Below, piece by piece: positions 25,269 to 32,000 of a stretch of 32,000 bases of DNA. Both the position numbers and the translations under genes were made by a program. Numbering within the stretch: the stretch's first letter is position 1; each line of letters starts with the position of its first letter. The notes under the pieces were generated by a model that saw nothing but the letters and a program-made list of their open reading frames with translations, was not told the DNA's origin and made no database searches. The DNA comes from Wallemia ichthyophaga EXF-994 (Eukaryota > Fungi > Basidiomycota). The stretch is taken from positions 1-32,000 of the forward strand of contig NW_008806282.1 in the NCBI RefSeq assembly GCF_000400465.1. Direction: 5' to 3'.

Positions 25269-25545
25269 ACATAAGCATGTAGAGAGAGGAGAGAGTGAGG
25301 TTGAAGCGAGTGTATTTATAGTTCCGCGTTTATTCTAAACTCTACTAGCGTCTAATATCTCTATTCCCCCTCAGACATAAATTTCGGTAGCAAACCAGGC
25401 CAGTTGAAAAGTGTGCAGACTTTGAATATAGTGATGGTACAAAAATTAGCTAACTTGTAATCCACTTAAACGCAATATCGGTCTTTTCGAGCGGTTGGAC
25501 TCCGCATCGCTCCTCTCAACTCCTTGCTAATTACCATCATCACCA

Positions 25546-26426
<881 letters not shown>

Positions 26427-26649
26427 GGTCGAAAAGGTTTAGCAAGTGGCTATATTTCATAAAGATAATCTTAAGCATTCTTCTCCCATCCATACACACT
26501 CTTATAAACTGATTGCTTATTTGACTTTTTCATCGTGAGGTGATGTGTGTGTGGAGTTTGTGTGAGCGTGTCGTTTAAAATCCCACTTAGGGTGCACTTA
26601 AATCAATTTTGTACCGACTAAAGCCATGCCTTCAAGGCTTCACGCCTTC

Positions 26650-26692
26650 ACGCGTCCACTTGTACACTTACAGCCAAAGTCAATACGCGAAA
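26650..26692. promoter_or_regulatory. MCB-like boxes upstream of EXO1
   Basis: ACGCGT at 26650-26655 and ACGCGAAA at 26685-26692. EXO1 is a G1/S (MBF) gene in budding yeast; function here is inferred. Confidence 0.5.
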
Positions 26693-26736
26693 TCTAAATA
26701 AATCAAAAACATCTTCTTGTTTAACGTGGTTATGAC

Positions 26737-28976
26737 AGTGAGCTTGCTAGCACGTGAATATCTGTTTATTCGCTGACGAAATCAAGTGGGAATTTCAGGT
26801 CTAATCCCAACACTCAAGGATGCCTCAAAGCCCAAGCATATCTCAGAATACAAAGGTCAGACTTTGGCTATAGACGCTTATGTTCTGTTACATCGTGGCG
26901 CGTTCAGCTGTCCAGCTGAAATTGTCAAAGCTGGTCTAATTACCGATATCAATCAGCGTAATCTTGAATTATCAAAGTTATCAACCAAATTTCTCAATTA
27001 TTCCATTTTCCAGATAAAAGCAATGATTGCTATCAAGGTTAAACCCTACGTTGTCTTTGATGGTGGTCCACTTGGTGCTAAACTCTACACTGAATCCAGC
27101 AGGGACAAGTGAGTGGGGCAAGTACTTTGAAGCACCTCTTCTGACACTATGAAAGCTCTCGTGCAAAGAACCTCGATATTGCACTCAGGTTAGAGGCTCA
27201 GGGTAAAAAAACACAAGCTAGACAAGCGTTTAGCAAATGTGTAGATATTACGCCTCGTATGGCATACGAGTTAATTAAAGTGTGTCAGCCTTTTTCCCCT
27301 TCTCTCAATTAACCCACGACCTAAGGTGCTTCGTTCATTGAGAGTCGACTATGTTGTGGCTCCTTATGAAGCAGATGCGCAAATGTATCACCTAGAGAGA
27401 ATCAGCTTAGTAGATGGAATCATTACGGAGGATTCTGATTTGCTCGTTTTTGGTGCCAGAAAAGTTGGTTTTCTACCTCGCTTATTTTCCTTCATCTCAA
27501 AGTCACTTCTCAGGTCATCTTCAAGCTCAAGCAGGACGGCAGCTGTGACGAGATTTCTAGAGATAGATTTGGCTTGGTTCGTCTCGATGGTATCCCGCTT
27601 TGTTCAGGACAATGGACGGATGTCCACTTCCGTCGTATGGCCATGTTGAGTGGATGTGATTATCGTTAGTTGTTGCTCATCCTCTCTAATGCAATCATGC
27701 TCACGCAATACAGTCAAAAGTCTACCAGGTGTAGGATTAAAGAAGGCTTTTGATGCCGTTAGACGCGGCGGTGAAACTTTTGATATGTTGACACTCTACT
27801 TTCATCATCATTATGAAAATAAAGGAAAGAAGATACCCACTGACTACTGGTATAAGTTCAGGCTTGCAGATCTTGCCTTCATGCATCAAAGAATTTGGTG
27901 TCCGATTGAACGGAAAATCAAGCCACTAAATCCACTCCCTGTTGACTTTGCTCATAATGAAGAAATTAATGATTGGATTGGTTGTGATATGCCTGATGAA
28001 GTTGCTGAAGCTATTGCAAATGGCAACTTATGTCCAATCACCAATGAAGAGTTTGCAAATGAAGCCATTGCAACAAGACCTAAAGCTATGACAGCTAGAA
28101 ATACAATCAACGATAAAGTAGCACCTCAGAAATCATTATTTGATTTTTTTAACAAGAGTAGGTAGATATCATCAATAAGCGATCTCAATTGATTTGATAG
28201 AACCGACAGGTACCGGTAACAATAGTGGAAGAAAGTCGTTTGCGGGGGTCATTAGTGAGCGTAAAACTCCAAAGCACAATACATCAGCAGGTAGTAACCA
28301 TACGAAACAAAATCAGAAGGAAAATGTCTCCTCACCCTACTTTAGTGCCATAGCTAGCACATCTCAGCCAATAAAGAGGAAGTCTAATAAAGTAGAGATC
28401 CCACGCACTTTGAAACATGTATCGCCTGAACAACCACAACCAACCAACAACATCAGCTTCAGTTCGCCAACAGCAGCGTCTGATGAGCTGATATCATCTC
28501 CTGTCTCAGTTGACGTTTGTAAGGACGAAAAAAAAATATCGATTGAGGATGAGGAGGAAGAGGTCTTTGAGGAGTTTGATACGCCATCAAGAAAGGAAAA
28601 CATCAAGAAGGCTAAATTATCAATAGAAGCAACTCCAAGCCCAACTCAAAGACTGAAGCAACAGATCGAAATGAATGACAATATCAAGACTGGAGATGAT
28701 TGTCTTGATTCAGATGATGATTGTCAAATAATAACAGATAGCTCAATGAGGTCGAATGATACAATCACCAAAAGTTGGTGGGAGAGATTCTCATATAAAA
28801 CTACGCAATCACAATCAACTACAACTTCAACATCGATACCTTCTTCCCCACCAGCTGAAGAAAGAACACAATCAACACCATTCTCATCATTTTCTGTTGA
28901 TTCTCAACCTGAAAATGCTCCAGTTAAGTCAAAGTCGTCAATCAAGTTACTCAACTTTGCATACACTCGTCAATGA
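26737..28976 (+). CDS. EXO1: Exonuclease 1 (XPG/Rad2 family)
   Basis: (A|TG) [10 protein letters not shown]...[45 protein letters not shown]|[11 protein letters not shown] (H3TH); S/T-rich tail; stop at 28976. Confidence 0.95.
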
Positions 28977-29505
28977 ATTATATTATATTTAAGCATAAGG
29001 ACAATTGTATCACATTATACGTTAAATTACTCAGCACTGTTTTGATTTTGACGTCATTATGTCTCTTTGAATTGAATTTTAAATTATATGGGCCGTTGAA
29101 CTGCTGCTATTTTAATGAAGCTGTGACCTTTTTAAATTTCTGTAATTTAAGTTGTTATACTGTGTGCACTCCTTTACTACCAACAGAGTATTGTGTGCGC
29201 CTGGTCTTCATCCGAAGCGTTTCTCCCGGTAGCCGTATTTCTTCACAGAAGTCGAACAGAGGCATAAACTAGTGTATATCTGTGTATTATCTACATTCTG
29301 CATTCATGCTTGTTCTCCTTTCTTCCTTGAATTCTCTTGTAGAACTTCCTAGAGTTTTGTAGCTTCGTCAAAGATTTTAACCTCGCGTAATATAAAAGGT
29401 GAGCTCGTTTGTCCCGCTTTAATTGATACATTAAAATTTTCACCCATCCCGGAACCCATCTTAAGAGTTTCGCTGAATTAGGTTTACGCTTCACTACCAA
29501 CAACC

Positions 29506-31845
29506 ATGATAAACAAATTAAACTCAATATTTACGATCGTTATACTTCTAGCGCTCTGTCCAGCATCCATGTGCTTCGGCTCTGGTGATATTTCCGAAAT
29601 ATCCGGTCTAGAGGTAAGGTTCAGTTTGTTTGACATTGGTTCAGAATGCTAAAACAGAGCGTAGGACCGCGCCTACAGACATGGAGATATCGATAATACG
29701 CTACTTGAATTGCTTTTTACCGTAGGCTCAAGCAGCGTGATCAAATCATTCCTCAAGAAAGCTTTCACTGGTTCATCTGGGAAAAAGTTTGACGTAAAGA
29801 ATGTCAAAAGAGTCTACTTTGGTAACTGGACAAGGGACCTCAGTCAAGCAATGGACGTATCTACCTTGACCAAGTTCAGTCCATCTACAATCACCTCCAT
29901 TGTTGCGGTCCTTGGCTTTCTTTCGTTCGGCTATGGCTCAAGAGAATTTGAAGTAAATGAGGAAATCTTGGGATGCTACAGACCTGAAGAGCATATTGAC
30001 AATCCAAAGAACTACGCAGATGCACCAGAAGGCTCTCCAAGAGAGATAACCGGCTATGATAAATTGCGTGGCGGGCTCGTTGACGGTGAATTAGACTTTG
30101 ACGAAAGGACAGGAATGAAAAACTACATAGCTAATGAAGACGGTGATTGGGACACTAGTTCAGAATATATCCGCAAAAATCTAATCGAATCCATCGAGCT
30201 CGGCAGAGAGGCGAGAAACGGTGGTACTGATGAGCAAATGTGGCATGCTTTGTATTTGCTTGGCAGAGCACTTCATTGCGTCGAAGACTGGCCAGCACAT
30301 TCAAACACAATCGAAGTCACCCTGCAATCACTGGGCTACTCAGATGTTTTCACTCACGTCGGAAGCAATGTAAGGGTTGAAGCACCCGACGGAAGAATGG
30401 TATCGCCAATCGTCACAGGAACATTTGGAGGTGCAGACTTCCTCCATTCCCTCCTTGGTGAGGCTACCGACAAGCTAAGCAGTCAAGGAATAGGTGATTT
30501 GAGTACGACTCTGTCTCAAAACAGGGAAAGCAATAACTCAGACCGGTTCAGAAAACTATTAGCTATGCTGCTCAAGTCCAAAGATAAGGGGGAAGCTGAT
30601 AATGACGATGAGGAAGGCCACCCTAGTGCTGATGACACAGTCAACAAACTGGATGACATCAGTCGTCACACGCATGAGGACTCTATTGATGAGAGTGAAG
30701 TTCGCGATATAATTAGGCAACTAATTAACATTCACGACGATATTGCAAGAACCATTGATGCAGTTATCGAGAAAGTACCCTTCATAAGCGATATACTGGA
30801 TGAGGCTTCTAATACACTGCAAGTTTTTATATTTTCCACTTTAGAACCTGTTCTCTCGCCTATTTTAAAGGATTTAAAGGACGTGATGTTCGAAGCCTCA
30901 GCTTGCGTAGTCGATGACGACTCTCAGCGTGAGGTCTTTGATGATCCCGACGCAAGCGACCCAACTCACTCGATGCTTGCAAAGGACCACTTTGGAAACG
31001 TACTTAACGCGCCTGCTGGTAGACTGGCGAAGTTGATGATCACCCACATTGTCAATGCTGTAGTTAAGGATGGCTGGGATGGGGAAGCGTAAGTGTCGCT
31101 GCAATTTTCACACCAGTGCTGACGCGCTATGCATAGGGACCCTAGCTCAATCGCCGATGAAGCTCTTCAAGCTCTCCATCATCCAGATTTTCAAAATGGT
31201 TCTGCTATTCAGGAAGATATGATGCAATTCGTCAAAGATTGGATTGAGTCTCAAGGAGAAGAAAAAGATGAAGTCCTGCGTAGATTGGAGAGAGACAGCG
31301 TTCTCGAACATCGCAATACAACTGATGGACTAAGTGGTGGGTCAATGAACCCAACTGATCAGGAGAAATACGGCAAATACTATGGTGCCAGTCAGGGTCT
31401 TCAAGGTCTTGCTGCGTCTGGGGCCCTGGATGGACTTCCTGGAGGCGAGCAGCTGAGTGAAGGTCTTACCGCCTTGCAACTTGGTGGTGGTGACACGAAT
31501 GAGTCTGTCGAACGCTCAAGATACGGCAGTAACAACCCAGCTCAGTACCGATCAAGCCACGAGGATAGTGGTGAGTATGCTAACGAGAGCTATGGCTCTG
31601 GCTTCAACTCAGGAAATGAATATCGTTCTGGAAACCATTATCAATATACTGGCTATGGAGGTCAGCAATCTCCTTACGGTGGTGGCGGATTACAGCCTAA
31701 CTACGGCAACAGCGGCTACGGTGGTCCACAAGCTTATGGTAACCCTGCTTACCCGGCATACCCAAACCAGCAATATGGCTACGGTTATACTGGTCAAGAG
31801 TACGGTAATGCGTACGGACAAGATTCAAACTATTACACTCAATAA
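29506..31845 (+). CDS. HET-C domain protein (heterokaryon incompatibility Het-C family) with signal peptide and Gly/Tyr-rich tail; 3 exons
   Basis: MINKLNSIFTIVILLALCPASMCFGSG signal peptide; YRHGDI, VYFGNWTRDLSQ, EEHIDNPKNY, LGRALHCVEDWPAHSN, DPTHSMLAKDHF motifs; G/Y/Q-rich C-terminus; TATAAAAG at about 29390. Confidence 0.88.
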
Positions 31846-32000
31846 TACCTGCTGAATTGACAAATATATCTTGATGACGTCTACGATTTACTTTCTTCGA
31901 CAGATGAATGATTTGCTTTTACAATTCTCCTTATCAGTGTTGTCATATTGCACTTTAATGTCGGCTTTAAAGGCTATATAAAGCCAGTATCATCTCACAT

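Noticed and set aside
29130-29450. Small spliced minus-strand gene between EXO1 and HET-C
   Set aside because: No combination of plausible splice sites gave a convincing ORF; the region is better explained as the EXO1 3' UTR plus the HET-C promoter.

Overview
Very gene-dense fungal nuclear DNA with about 40-45% GC and GT-AG introns mostly 45-57 nt long. The branch-point A usually lies 9-14 nt before the 3' AG. This style suggests a compact basidiomycete genome such as Wallemia (inference). I can support about 19 protein-coding genes: a two-RRM protein, MIX17/CHCHD2-like, a Copia-gag-like gene, a GPI-anchored protein, SNF7, SMC3, CMC4, cytosolic AsnRS, eIF2D/TMA64, histone H4, an HSL-family hydrolase, DHH1, YRA1/ALYREF, a 90-aa orphan, an SNT1/NCoR-like SANT protein, UBC4, EXO1 and a HET-C protein. 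Several are invisible to the ORF track because of introns. The most interesting zone is 20.9-22.5 kb on the minus strand. It holds an apparently non-coding host transcript with two intronic box C/D snoRNAs carrying 18S rRNA guides, and the two introns appear to abut with a zero-length (or 6-nt) exon, suggesting recursive splicing. Just upstream, the YRA1 homologue has a 495-nt intron closed by an 18-bp perfect long-range stem, with an internal candidate cassette/poison exon. Other highlights are a likely domesticated retrotransposon gag gene, an EXO1 start codon split by an intron, a C-terminally variant H4, and start codons only 38 nt apart in a head-to-head pair. All family assignments and rRNA matches come from motif recognition and memory, not database searches.
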